NCBI GenBank assembly: GCA_951406725.2
Contig: OX597819.1
Location: forward strand, 3,472,001 to 3,536,000
DNA length: 64,000 nucleotides
Source: Octopus vulgaris
Taxonomy: Eukaryota
Direction: 5' to 3'
In this document: piece by piece, positions 11,140 to 24,430 of the stretch
How the letters are laid out: each line of letters begins with the position of its first letter
How positions within the stretch are numbered: the stretch's first letter is position 1
Notes under the pieces: generated by a model
The model's database searches: none
The model's input: the letters and a program-made list of their open reading frames with translations, nothing else
Told to the model about the DNA's origin: nothing
Program-made: the position numbers and the translations under genes

Positions 11140-14100
11140 GTTTCTCTTGTTCATTTTTCTTTTCTTTATGAATAACTTGTTATATATCTCGTTGAAAACA
11201 ATTAGAAAAATATTTGTAATTATACGCGTAAATATTTACTACTCAAATATTACTGTTGTGTATTTTGATTTGTACAACACAGAATGTGTTCCAGGAGGAA
11301 CATGAGGATAACCGAACACGAGGCTTTTCTTAAAATCTGACAGAAATCTTCGTTTTTTAATTGCTGTTTTGTTTTTATGAGAAACTGTCATCGTACTTCT
11401 CAATGTATTATCTATTGAAATAATTTTATTCTCGATCTCATGTAATGATTTGATTACAGGAACACCCAAATAAATTTGTTGTTTGATTGATCATTGCTTT
11501 GGTCAAGTTACTGTTCATTAACTAAATGCCGTTTATCGCTATCAAACTTGGTTTGATTTTTGTAAAACGCTCCCTTTTCTAAGCTATTTGTTTTAATTTA
11601 TTGTAACTTTCAACAATATTTGGCAACTGGATAAGTTAGAGGATGCCAACAATTAGTTTAGCGATGAAAGCTTTTAACCAGATACATGTAGAAAATAAGG
11701 TTGCCAGGACTATAAATAAATGTATATAGATGACATTTATTACCCAATAAACATAGCTGGTAAGTAAACTACGCAGCATTTATTTGTCATAATAAAATAA
11801 AGTCCACATAAACGCAAACACTTGTATTAGAAATGCGCTGTTACTTCAGGAAACAATATCAATACCTGCATAAATCTAAAATGGAAAAATAAACAAATAA
11901 ATAAATAGAAATGGAAAAAGGGAACGATCAAGTACATAAAACATATGGTTTTTTTCTCGTTGCTTTTTATGACCGAGAATACATTATTTTCAAGTTATAA
12001 ATAATTGTGTAGAGAATAATTTACAACTTGAAATTTTAAAATTTAAGACGAAAAATTCCAAGCCGACAGACCCCTTGATACTACAGAGAACATATACCAT
12101 TTTTGTAAATTTCTCAGATCCAGGAAAGTATTTTCAGAGCCATGCTCCTTCAAGAAATCTATAAAATATATGTTATTCTCACATTAAAACCAATCTCCTA
12201 TTCTGTAACCAGTCATATAATTTCATCTATGGCAAGATAAATATGATGTATCATCATCTGAAGGCTGACATTCAAAGAACATCTTCATAAAATCTGAGCC
12301 ATTGTTATCGATATTACATTGCCACATGACCTGTAGCAAGATAGATCAAGTCATATAATTTGATTCCTTATCTAATTGCAAACCTTTTGACTAAGAATCT
12401 GGCCGAACTTCAGCGTTTTTCTAATAAATCAATGTTTTTTTTTCTTAACAATTTCGTTTTCTCTTAACAGGCTTTTCCTTTCCTATTGTTAATTTGGAAC
12501 GACTGCTTTATTTTGCTTGCTTGGCATCGGGAAATAAAATGCACATCGGAAATTGATTGTTTTCGAATGAAAACTATTCATTCGCTTAAATTTTTAGAGG
12601 AACACTATTTTTCTTTTTTGAGATAATCAGTTTTAGCTAGTACCAACATTTTACTGTACTATTAGGGATAAAATTGACAAGGCGGGGGGGAATTATAAAT
12701 TCTTTAACTGTCTGTGGCGCGGTCTAATCCTGAGCATTCTCATTGCTCATTGTCGGTAGGCCTCAAGTTCTCTTTCAACCAGATTTATTGTTGGTCTGGT
12801 TTATTGTTTGGCACATACTGGCAATAATGACTCATGCTCGGCCGAGTCTGGTCCACCCATCCGCCCAGTTATGCTGCCGGAATATCTTTGAACCCAATGC
12901 TATCGTCTTAATCCGGAACTTTTAAAGTTAGTCAGCTCTAAATAAATGAAAGTTACCGCACTTTAAGAGGCAAATTTCTTTATAGTTGAAGAATATTTTA
13001 TTTACTCAGAATGAGAAATCAAATATATATGGCATAGCATGTGTTATTGCTAATCTTGTATGAGTTGTAAATGCTATTTTTAAAAATTGAGGTTTTTAAT
13101 TATATCATCAAAGAGATATTTACACATATTCACGTTAAGTATTCTTTTTTACGATAATTAAATAATTTCCTGTATCGTCATCCAGATTTTTCACAAATTA
13201 AAAATATGTGGTCTATTTTCAGCTATGCTAACCTTACCTTCTATAATACATTGAGAATGTCATCTATTACAGTTAACTAGCAGTCACTTGCCCAGCATTT
13301 ATAATATCTGAAAGGGGGCTGAAGAATTTTCTGTTCTGAGACAGGAAGGAAAACTTTCATGTAATTTTACTGTATTGACGATGAGAATTTGCCAGAAGAT
13401 TCTGGAAAATGATGAGGACTAGCATTTTCAGGGATTAGATTTTTAGTTTTGTTCTGTTCGTATTTCCCGATGATAATGGGAGTGGGGCAGGGTAGTATTT
13501 TCTTGATGTTCATAGTGAATCTTTATATTGTTGAAGTAAAAATATGACAACAGGTAGAAAATGCAAACATTTAGCGTTTGATTTTATTCAGTAATATAGA
13601 ATAATTATCAATAAAAATTGTGGAAATTATATTACAGATGCATATTAGTGACACTATGCTAAAGAAATGAACTACAAGCTTCTAGGTTATTGGTTTGAAT
13701 CTATAGCCATGCTGCTGTGATAAAAAAAGCATGATACTCTTCTCGCCTTAGTTTAACTCGCTGAAAACCCGGACCATTTTATGCTTTACTATTCCAATAG
13801 ATAGCATAAAGAAGTTTGCACCTCTAATATTGAAATACAACCAAGACGCCATTTTCTCTTTGCTATTATCCATGTGGTCACTGAAATATTTAACTCTGAA
13901 ACCACATGTTTTATAAACTGCAGATAAACAGATAAAGCCCTTTAAAGCAGTCGGTATTATATATGCACTCAGTAATGTTAATCCTACATAAAATAAGCTT
14001 ATTAGCTGTTTCATAAAAAAGTTCAAAAGGAAAAGCAAATATTAAGCATAAGATGATAAAACGAAAGACTGTATCTATTTCCCTTTGCATGTTTTAAATG

Positions 14101-14425
14101 TCAACATTATCATATTTATAGTTCGTTGGATTCTTGGAAAAAATGTAGAGACAAAGTGTTTTATTAGTCAATTCCTTGTTTAAAGTTGCCTAACGAACAA
14201 TTTCTAAATCTTTGTAAATGTCATATGTACTGCATTCTTCCTTCGATGGAAAATATTTATTTTATTAACGTATTTCATTGAGCATTAGGTAACATGAGAT
14301 GTCTAGCTCCTTAGATAGAGAATCTCAAGTTTAGTCTTGTTGAAAAAGAGAAAGTCATGTGGTAGTAGTATGGAGCAATCAGAACATGAGCTTGGGATAT
14401 CATTTTTGAAAGCGTCTGTGAAAAT

Positions 14426-14474
<49 letters not shown>

Positions 14475-14863
14475 TGAGTGGAAAATGGAAAGAAAATGAC
14501 ACACCATATTTGCTTAAGTTACATATATTATTTAATAACAGCTTGACTCGGCTCCATACAACTTAAAGTTTTGTGGACTCGTAAAACGACCTTGGCTCGT
14601 CAGGCTTAGGTAAACGAATGGAGGAAGTTCAGGTTAGTTACTGGAGATTGGATAAGTCAATGCATGTCACATGGTGTTGTTGATGATGTAGCGACAGCAG
14701 ATGAAAATCCCAATTTGTATTTCTAGGACCACGTGGTTGGACAGGATGTTGGTGGTGCAGAAAATGGAGTAGGGCATGCTAGCTACGGTAGATGCTAGTG
14801 TATGTGTGTGCGTGCGTATTTGGTGCGTATGCGTGACTACTTTGTTATTAAATAATATCGTTG

Positions 14864-14915
<52 letters not shown>

Positions 14916-15399
14916 TTTGTATATATGTGTGCGTGTGTGCGAGTGTGTGTGTGCGTGTGTAAGTATTGACTGACGACTTGTTAATCGAGTATGATCTTCC
15001 CAACACCAACAGAGTACATATTCATGAGCACTAGTTAAAACTAACTACACAGTCGCACAAGTAATATACAAAAAAACAAATGCAGGATAATTTAGTGACT
15101 TCAATGATATTTACAATTTAATTATTGTTATATACAAATAGAATAAAATATTTAAATAAGGAAAGATAATTAAAGTAAATAAATTTTTAAAATGAGTTAC
15201 CTATTGAAGCTAATAAATATGCCACAGTTACATATAAATTTGATTCAGAAAATATGAGTAAAATATTTAGAAAATTACTACTATTAGAGATAATCTATAT
15301 ATTATGTGACCAGAAATTACTCTTTAGTCTGGTAAAAGATTTACAAAGTTTTGAACAAAGAGGATATGATACGCTTGATTTAGTTGCAGCAGATTGATA

Positions 15400-16310
15400 T
15401 TATATTTCTTGTGCCTAGTTTATCTGGATTTGCTTCTAAAGGTCATATTAAAAAAGAGCAAAATAATTCAACAGATTGTAATTGTGAATAGTCAGTGGTG
15501 GACCTAAACCAGTGCTTCCATTTATGACAAACAGGTCCTGTTTTGGGGAGACAAATACGGTTGTAGGTATTTCTCTCAACCACATGTAACTGTGCTAGTA
15601 TAGGCATATTGTTTGCATAGAATATGACAATGATGGAAGTATTTAGAGTATGTGAGAGTTTTAGAGTATGTTATAATGAAACAGAATGCCAACATTAATT
15701 TCTATTTCCTCACCGCAGACCAACAGATAAGCAATGTGATGTTTCTATGAAGTATTTCCGTATACCGTCGTGATAACAGCCGGTAGTAACCTTGTTATTA
15801 CGACTGAGACTTTCAATGAGCCTCTCAGCAAACATCAGAGTGGTAATTTAGTTGTATGTGGAATCTATAACCATTGTACAAGGAATGTACCATACAAATG
15901 ACAAAAATTTGCAACAAATTTTAGAAAGCTGGCCAGCCACCTAATCAGTCAGGAAAAGTGGTTGTGATTCACCAGCTGTTTATTCTTTACGCCTCTTTCA
16001 TTTGGAGAAGAATCTGTCTGTCAACAGATTTATATTTAGTGACTTCAGAATAAGAGTTGGTCGTACTCAGAGGCAAAAGATACTTCTACCATACCTAAGT
16101 TCAAAGAAGTACTAAGTACCATCTACGACCAGAATTACAAAACTATGACGAAAAGAAGGCAACCTGCTATTAGCTACAAATACGCTCAATGAATGTAACA
16201 AGGTTCTAGATAGATTGGAGGAATGGTACAGTTATAGCCATAGCATCCAATAGACAGTTGTGGAAAGGACGGAAGAAAAGAGTAAACTAGGAACAAATCA
16301 AATAATTGGA
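15400..16310 (+). mobile_element. Possible highly decayed LINE (RTE-like 3' region)
   Basis: Only residual peptides (VNRFIFSDFRIRVGR, IASNRQLWKG); many stop codons. Confidence 0.3.
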
Positions 16311-17169
16311 AAAGAAGCTCGATGTCAGAGTATATATATAGTGAAAATTAGAAACCGAAAATAAGAAAATATTTTGTGCTGTGATTTGTTATTGCGTGTA
16401 TTGTCCTGGCTGAGGTGCATAATGTCAGCGTAAACTAGAACGGCATTAATGAAATGTATACGGAATAACAGTTGCGCTCTCTCCCTCGTTGAAACCAAGA
16501 AGCGTAAAGCTCAGAAATGTTATTACGGTAGGTTACCGAATGAGTATAATGAATTGTATCTAGAGATTTAGCGTTAAGTAGATATATTACTATTTAATGG
16601 TTAAGATGTTATGTTAATATAAATAAAGATGCAGTAATTCCCTGCCATACAAATTAGTATAATATACTTTGCACAGAAATACAAGAACTGCTCCCGAATA
16701 CTCAACACATTTGCTTGCACACACATGTAAATATGTATTACGTTTTGAACTAAAATGTATCCGAATATTAAAAATGATATGAAAAAGAAATTGCGAAATC
16801 GAACTAGTGCTAAGCTGTTTTTAAATCTGTATAAAATGCTGCACAGAATACACTAATAATAAAAAATCTACCGCAATCTCAAGAACATGTTAGCATTCGC
16901 TAAGTGCGTTAAATGCCATCTAGTAGTAGCAGAGTTGCTCTGTTATCAGAAGAAATTCTGTTAAAAGTGGATGGATCCTTAAGATGCTGCAAATAGCAAT
17001 GACTGAGTCAGAGTGAAGCTGGTTATATATCTAATGTTGAATTAGGCCTCTCACCAACTGGTTATGTGATATCATGGCAGGAAGGAAGAAATTATCACTT
17101 TAATACTTCAGATCCCATCCCCAATATATGAACAAAAAATATGAAAAATGGTTAGCTGTAAATATTTCA

Positions 17170-17343
17170 TGGAGCTATTGCGTGGTTACAAAATTCAATA
17201 ACGTAGTTTCGGGTTAAGTCTCACTGCGCGGCGTCTTGGGAAAGTACCCAGCAGCGACCTATGCTTTGTAAATAAATTTGGTAAAGGAAATTGTGTGGAA
17301 ATCGGCCATGTGCATTGTATGCGCATATGTATATATATGTATG

Positions 17344-17384
<41 letters not shown>

Positions 17385-17515
17385 CGGAGGGAGAGAATGT
17401 TTGTCTCCCCACCGCTTGACAACTTGTGTAGGTATGTTGGTATGTTTACGCCATCGCATATTGCAGTTCATCTAAATGGACTCGATAGACTAAGTACTAG
17501 ATGTATTGGACTAAT
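17170..17515 (+). mobile_element. SINE family 2, old diverged copy
   Basis: Recognisable CTTGGGAAAGT, ATTTGGTAAAGGAAATTG, internal TA tract, CCGCTTGACAAC and GATAG..TAAGTACTAG blocks. Confidence 0.65.
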
Positions 17516-18007
17516 TTGAATTTTAATTCAGGTGCGTATAGCTTACGTCTGCACATTTATATGCACATGCACACACAACCCTGCATATGTGTGAAAATAG
17601 GTTGACAGTTACGTGAAATGTTATTTGTCCACGAGAAATATTACAATACTATCTTTCCAGCAGATGCTGAAATCTACGATTGAAACGTATTTTGTATAAC
17701 CAATCGACCACAACATACTGCTATTGTTTCTATTACTGATCTCAAAGAAATGCTATGAAACGCCAAATGTAACGATTCATAAGGTGCAGAAAGAAACTAC
17801 TACCAGCCGGAATATTTATCCCTCCAGTTTCAATGAGATCGCATCGTCTTTGGAGTTACGACAGTTAATGACTTAATCTGAGATATTTCTAGTCTTGTTT
17901 TTACCGATGGAACTAATGAACATCGACACCTGATTACCCTAATGAGCTGGAAGCATACAAAGGTGACTCTTGCTGATTTAGTTTCATGGCATAACTGCAA
18001 TTGTATA

Positions 18008-18640
18008 TATTTCTTTATTGCCCACAAGGAGCTAAACATAGAGGGGATAAACAAGGACAGACAAATGGATTATGTCGATTACATCGACCCCAGTGCGAAA
18101 CTGGTACTTATTTAATCGACCCCGAAAGGATGCAAGGCAAAGTCGACCTCGGCGGAATTTGAACTCAGAACGTAGCGGCAGGCGAAATACCTATTTCTTT
18201 ACTACCCGCAAGGGGCTAAATACAGAGAGGACAAACAAGGACAGACAAACAGATTAAGTCGATTATATCGACCCCAGTGCGTAACTGGTACTTGTTTAAT
18301 CGACCCCGAAAGGATGAAAGGCAAAGTCGACCTCGGTGGAATTTGAACTCAGAACGTAACGGCAGACAAAATACGGCTACGCATTTCGCCCGGTGTGCTA
18401 TCGTTTCTTATTTCTTTATTGCCCACAAGGGGCTAAACATAGAGGGGACAAACAAGGACAGACAAAGGGATTAAGTCGATAACATCGACCCCAGTACGGA
18501 ACTGGTACTTAATTTATCGACCCCGAAAGGATGAAAGGCAAAGTTGACCTCGGCGGAATTTGAACACAGAACGTAACGGCAGACGAAATACCTGTAAGCA
18601 TTTCGTCCAGCGTGCTAACGTTTCTGCCAGCTCGCCGCCT
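18008..18640 (-). mobile_element. SINE family 1 head-to-tail trimer
   Basis: Three units with junctions at about 18190 and 18408; a single 18-bp TSD CATAACTGCAATTGTATA at 17990-18007 and 18642-18659. Confidence 0.9.
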
Positions 18641-18837
18641 TCATAACTGCAATTGTATAGTGAGCTGAAAGTTATTTTTCGGATTTGCTTATAGCGATAG
18701 CATCGTAAAAACTAGATATATGAAATGTTGAGACGTCTGGTGCTGTGAAATTTAAATATACGTTTGCATATTTGCGTTGTAATGAAACAATAAATCCTCC
18801 GAGAAAGATTATCATATATTAATACCCATATTAAAAA

Positions 18838-19022
18838 GGGCAGCGAGCTGGCAGAATCGTTAGCTTGTCGAGCAAAATGCTTAGAATTTCGTTCGTCGTT
18901 AGGTTCTGAGTTCAAATTCCATCGAGGTCGACTTTACCTTTCATCCTTTCGAGCCCTGGGGTCGATGTAATTGACTTACCTTTCCCCTCAAATTGATGGC
19001 CTTGTGTCAAAATTTGAAACCT
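18838..19022 (+). mobile_element. SINE family 1, tail B variant
   Basis: Same head and core as tail-A copies; ends GGCCTTGTGTCAAAATTTGAAACC. Confidence 0.85.
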
Positions 19023-22000
19023 ATATTCATTTCAATTAAAGCAATTTTAATATTTGTAAGAAATAAAAGTTCCTTTAATCTCTGTCATGCAGCTATTTTC
19101 CACTTTAAAATGTTAAAATAACTTAAAACAAAAACTATAGATTTACTGTTGAACATTCAAATATGTAGCAGTTTTGAACAATAAACACATTTTAGTATAA
19201 GTTTCATACTGAAAAATATGCGTGTTTTAGAAAATAAATCCATATACGTGCAATAATTTCGGACATTAATAATAATTTGATATTTAAATTCAGACAAAAT
19301 TTAACTTAATTCATTTTTCAATAAACTATCGCATTTGCAACTAGAAAAAAACTATTTTATTGAAGCACGTTATGATATAGCTAATTCTTTCGTAGACAAT
19401 CCATGAATACTTGAGTTTGCACCTTAGTATTATATAGAAATTCATACAGATAATAGCACTAGACAAAATGCTGTACAGTTTTTACTATCGGCGTTCTGAG
19501 TTCTGATGCTACTGTGGTAGGATTTATTTCTTATTGCTCCAAGGTCAATTAGTTATGAATCACTGTGCTATTTTTAATCAGTTATACACCATTCTATAAG
19601 AACTGAAGATTGTCTTAACCATGGGAGATCAGTTTAGCTACTCAATGAAATGCCGTTAAATAACTATAGGAAGTAGTTTTGTTATATGAAAGAACACCCG
19701 ATCATAGGTGTTTGCATTAATAGACGAAAGAAAAAAACAGGTTTAGGTGATTATCATGATGAAAATCCATCTCTAAACTGGGGCCTGAAATTATATTGGT
19801 GAGAGAAAATAATCCTTGGAAAGATGTACTGCAGTATATTGTAGTGGGTCATGCTGTACCTTTAGCCGAGTATCTGTCAATAGTTAAGTTTTAGAAGCGA
19901 GCGTTAAATGCCTTGGGTGGTGTACTGCATCAGGTACGAAAAATATTCAAAGCAATTTTACTTATGACTGAAAAGTTATTTAGTTTTTAATTGCTACATA
20001 AATGAAAATATACTCTTCAAAAGTCAGCTTAAGTCAATTAAAAAAAGTACAATTTGTTATGAAATGAAACTGGATAATGTATAGACACTGAATATGAAAC
20101 CTATATCAGTATACAGTGAGAGTGAATGGTTGCTTAATCTCAACTAAGATCCAAGAGCCAATAATCAAACGTGCTCCTGCTTATAACAATGCAATTTCTT
20201 TTTAAAGTGTCGGAGACTTATCCAATGCATCATCTATTTTAAGACGATAGGATTAATTGAAGATTAAGCTGCTATTTTTAGATCGAGCAATTGCGTAAAG
20301 GCTCCGTTTGGTCGTGAGTTTTTGCAGTGTAAATCTGTAAGCCTTTGCGAATTAGTTAAGATGATACTGATTATCACATTACATTTTTATCGTCACCCAT
20401 TACAACTCCCAGAAACAATATTTCAAGTAGATACAACTTAAATTACATCAAAACAGTAAAATGTTGATATAGTAAAACTATCACAGCGCTGATGAATTAA
20501 GTAAACCATTGGAAAAGATGTAACATGCAAAAATAGTTTTCTATTGATCTTCTGGGAGTTCTATTTTCCCTAATCTCCTGATTATCACCTAAAATTTGCT
20601 GTAAACAATATTAAAAATACCTTATAATTACAGATGTAAGTTAAAGTTAGTACAACACTCATGTACCTGCAATAATTCGATTGGATAGAAAGTCCATATT
20701 TTAGGGAAAGGATGGCCAAACTTTTTAAGAAGGTAATGTAAAGTGATATGGTTTCGACTAGGCTTCACGAAATTTGTTTTACAGTGCTCCCCCCTATTGT
20801 TATATTCCTACTATAATCAACTTCCTTGCAACGGATCTTTTCTCCTGATCAAGTTTCCACCACAGGTACGTTAGACTATCAAACTTTTTCAACATTAAAA
20901 AGCATTAGTGTATCGGAAGATTACAAAGGGAACAGTTGAACACGAAAACCCAATTCAATGATTAATCATTGTATACATTAAGCATAATCGATATTTAACA
21001 TCTACCAAACTGTAAAATATTGTAAACAGTAGTTTTTTTTTAATCGATCGCTTTGAAAAAGTTGCTCGGTGTTAAATCAATTCTTGCTTAATATTTGGAT
21101 CAAGAAATTAGTTTTGAGACTACTTGGTTTCTTGTTCGAATACACTGCGCAGGGCCTTGAGCAATGATCTATTGCTTCTGGTTTCACTGGCGAGAAACAT
21201 TTGGTAAATGGAAATTGTAGCGGTGTCGTTCTGATTCATGGTTGGTATGTTTAATTCATCATCCGGCTTAATACTACGACCTGACCCTTAATGTCACAAG
21301 GCTAAATCTGATTAGAGAGTAGCCGGTCAGTTACAGCGTCCGAGAGAAAAATCCCTCTGATTAGTCATTGAAAGTATTTGTAACATTGAATCAGAATGCT
21401 TGAACAATCACAAATAGTTGTTACAAGAATTATACTATTTTTCCAATTAAGTATACTACCTATTCAGCTTTAGTTCTGTATATTTTCAACCTTAAAGATG
21501 CGAAACATTCCTCCAGGAAATTTTGTTCATGCCAATAATTTCTGCCAGTATTTGCTAACTTATAATTTCTGCAAGTAAAGTGTATTTCTTCACTAATCTC
21601 GGTGCCAATTATATTGGCACTCAAAATACTGGTTGGCAATATTTTTGGAATATAATAGAACAGAATTTCGCTTTTATTCACAATACTCTATACAATATTT
21701 AGCTAGTGTTGGGTTGTTATTGCTGATCTGATATTGAAGTTGAAATTTTCCCTCAGGATTTAAGAAAAATCCTATAAACATCTTGGAAATCAAACATTTG
21801 AATACTCTAAAGTACAGTGTAACGTTTACATTAATATTAAAACTCGGATGGAAGATTAAAAGATCTGTTATAATCTTTAAAACGTTTTGTGGCCCATATT
21901 TTCTGTGCTATTAGTTTTTAATTTTGCCACATATGAAGTAAATATATTTTTTACAGTAATTATCAATTACTTAGACTACAAATTCTGAAAGTTTTGAAAA

Positions 22001-23690
22001 ATGTGCGGTAATGGGTGTTTAAATGCTGTCACCTGCCTTGGAAACACTTGCTTGTTTTTGGTGATAGCACGTACATTTACTATTGTTTCCAAACAACCAT
22101 TAAAGAAATCTCTAGAAATGTTCTTCAGAATATACAATATATACCGAGATAAATACTAATTTATATCAGTGATCACTTAGAATTGTTAAATTCCTGTGCT
22201 TTAACTATTAAACGACAAACATCAGTTGATGTTTCGAATTTACATGGATACTGCCGACAAAGGAAAATGAACATTTTCGAGAAATTTTCGACGAGATCAT
22301 AAATTTTTATTGTACGAGACAAATATAGTTTTTGTACTCATTTAAAGTGAAAATATATAAATTACCTTTAAGAGAAGGGGTTATTGTTTATCACCCATTT
22401 GGCACAGTTATGCAACCCTTTCCCGTTGTTTAAGGGTTAGACCAGATAAGTTTTAGATTTAAGACAAATGTGTGATGAGCTATAAAAATTAATTCTATAA
22501 ATTTCAGATCTAATTTGGAAATGAATATTGGAAGGAAAAGAAACAAAAAGGAATCACCGTTTTCTCTATGGTTTAAAAACCAAATTAAGAAACTGAATAA
22601 CATCATACCACAAAAATATTCTGCTTGTTAATGTTTGCTCTGGTGTTTAAAAGCTAAATCGAAGACCCTAGAAATCAACAATGAAAAGGTTTAAATCTAC
22701 GAATTTATTCAAATAGAAAATGTATAAAACCAGGAGTTTCAACGCGTTCAGCTCGTTAAGGACAATATTCTTTTAAGAAGCTTCAACGAAGCCATCAATG
22801 AAGGATATTGTCCGACTCATTTCTTGAGGCTATCAGAACTTATCTCCTCTTTGTGGGGTGTAATAAAATAAGATTTGTGCATTTCATATATATATATATA
22901 AAATGTAATCATTAAATAACCCCTTAGAAAATTTGTATTATGGTTAAGCCAGTCGTGCTTCTCAACTATCCTACAATCTCATATTGCTCATTACAATTGC
23001 GTTGCGTTCTAACTGCTATAGAACGAATAAAAGACGGTAGCGTAATGCAGTAAAACAATCTGATGTCATGTTAATTCCAGTTTACTGCTAATCTAAATCA
23101 CAAAAATCTATTCGTCACTACGAACGATAAATTTATAACGTCAATTACTTCACGCGAATAATATTGTAGGATTCATTTTAACAGTGATAAATATGTAACT
23201 TTAATTAAATCTACCGACGTTTCATTTATCACTATAAAGTTCAAAATTAAAAGCTGATTAGTTACTACTTTCCCAATTTTGCACAGCCATGATAAATTGC
23301 TTCTAATTTTTGGTGCTTTAGCAGTGCCGGTTTTAGCATTAGGTTCATTCAAATCTCTTCCTATAAATAGACAACTGGAGACAATATTTTGAGCGACTCG
23401 TTTCTCTGAAGTACAAATATGCAATGATACTTATCAAGTGCATAGCCATTGTTTTTCAATGAAACTGAATTTTTAAAGTATTTTAAGTTCATAACATACT
23501 AACAGAGAAACAGTCCAAACTCAAGCAAATCGTATTTCAAATATTTTCATATTTCACGATATTTCTTAAAATCCATTACATATGCTGGTGACATAATGAG
23601 GAATTCTTTTGATAATTGTTCACTAATGTAACCGATTTTCTTTGTAACATCTTAGATTTCCAAAGAAACCAACAATTACAAATTCTTACC

Positions 23691-23890
23691 TATTTCTTTA
23701 TTACCCACAAGGGGCTAAACATAGAGGGGACAAACAAGGACAGACAAAGGGATTAAGTCGATTACATCGACCCCGAAAGGATGAAAGGCAAAGTCTACCT
23801 CGGCAGTATTTGAACTCAGAAGGTAGCGGCAGACGAAATACTGCTAAACATTTCGCCCGGCGTGCTAACGTTTCTGCCAGCTCGCCGCCT
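23691..23890 (-). mobile_element. SINE family 1, tail A, with internal deletion
   Basis: 17-bp TSD AATTACAAATTCTTACC at 23674-23690 and 23895-23911. Confidence 0.9.
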
Positions 23891-24036
23891 TAGTAATTAC
23901 AAATTCTTACCGGCCAAGTTACTAAGCGGCAAAGAACTCGTTTTTGAAAGTCACTCCTATTGTAGAAGGAATTTGTGCTTGCTGTCCACTTATCTTCAAT
24001 CTGTACACGCTTTTTTTTATGTCAAATTATTTGTGA

Positions 24037-24430
24037 TACAGTTCTATATTTAAGAGATGAGGAATTATGTACATTACCTACATTATTTACATTCGACGGA
24101 TATTTGTCATCTTGATTGTTGCTAACACAACGTTTTGGCTGATACACCCTCCAGCCTTCTTCAGGTGTCTTGGGGAAATTTCGAACCTGGCTTCTCATTC
24201 CTAATTTATTTTCGATATATGGCGTAGTGGTTAAGAGTGCGGGCTACTAACTCCAAGATTCTGAGTTAGATTCCAAGCAGTGACCTGAACAATAATAACA
24301 TCGAAAAATACCTTAGGAATGAGAACCCAAATTCGATATTTCCTCAAGACACCTGAAGAAGGCTGGAGGGTATATCAGTCGAAAAGTTGGGTTAACAACA
24401 AACAAGATGAGGACAAATATCCATGTAAAT
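24037..24430 (+). mobile_element. SINE family 4: tRNA-like head + hammerhead-bearing tail, preceded by an inverted copy of the tail
   Basis: A box TGGCGTAGTGG (24220), B-box-like GTTAGATTCC (about 24265), inverted arms 24085-24216 / 24300-24430, possible TSD AAATTATTTGT at 24024 and 24427. Confidence 0.75.
24348..24393 (+). ncRNA. Minimal type I hammerhead ribozyme motif (mutated); second copy on the minus strand at 24124-24169
   Basis: Consensus of the two copies: gacac-CTGAAGA-a-ggct...agcc-GAAA-cg-TT-gtgtt. Each copy carries different substitutions. Confidence 0.7.

Noticed and set aside
14590-14615. CTGACGA hammerhead-like box on the minus strand (also CTGAAGA near 61998)
   Set aside because: No downstream GAAA and stem III, so the fold cannot be completed.
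24217-24290. Genuine tRNA gene (also the heads at 6824, 40014 and 44751)
   Set aside because: Acceptor stems do not close convincingly and the heads are fused to repeat bodies; treated as tRNA-derived SINE heads.
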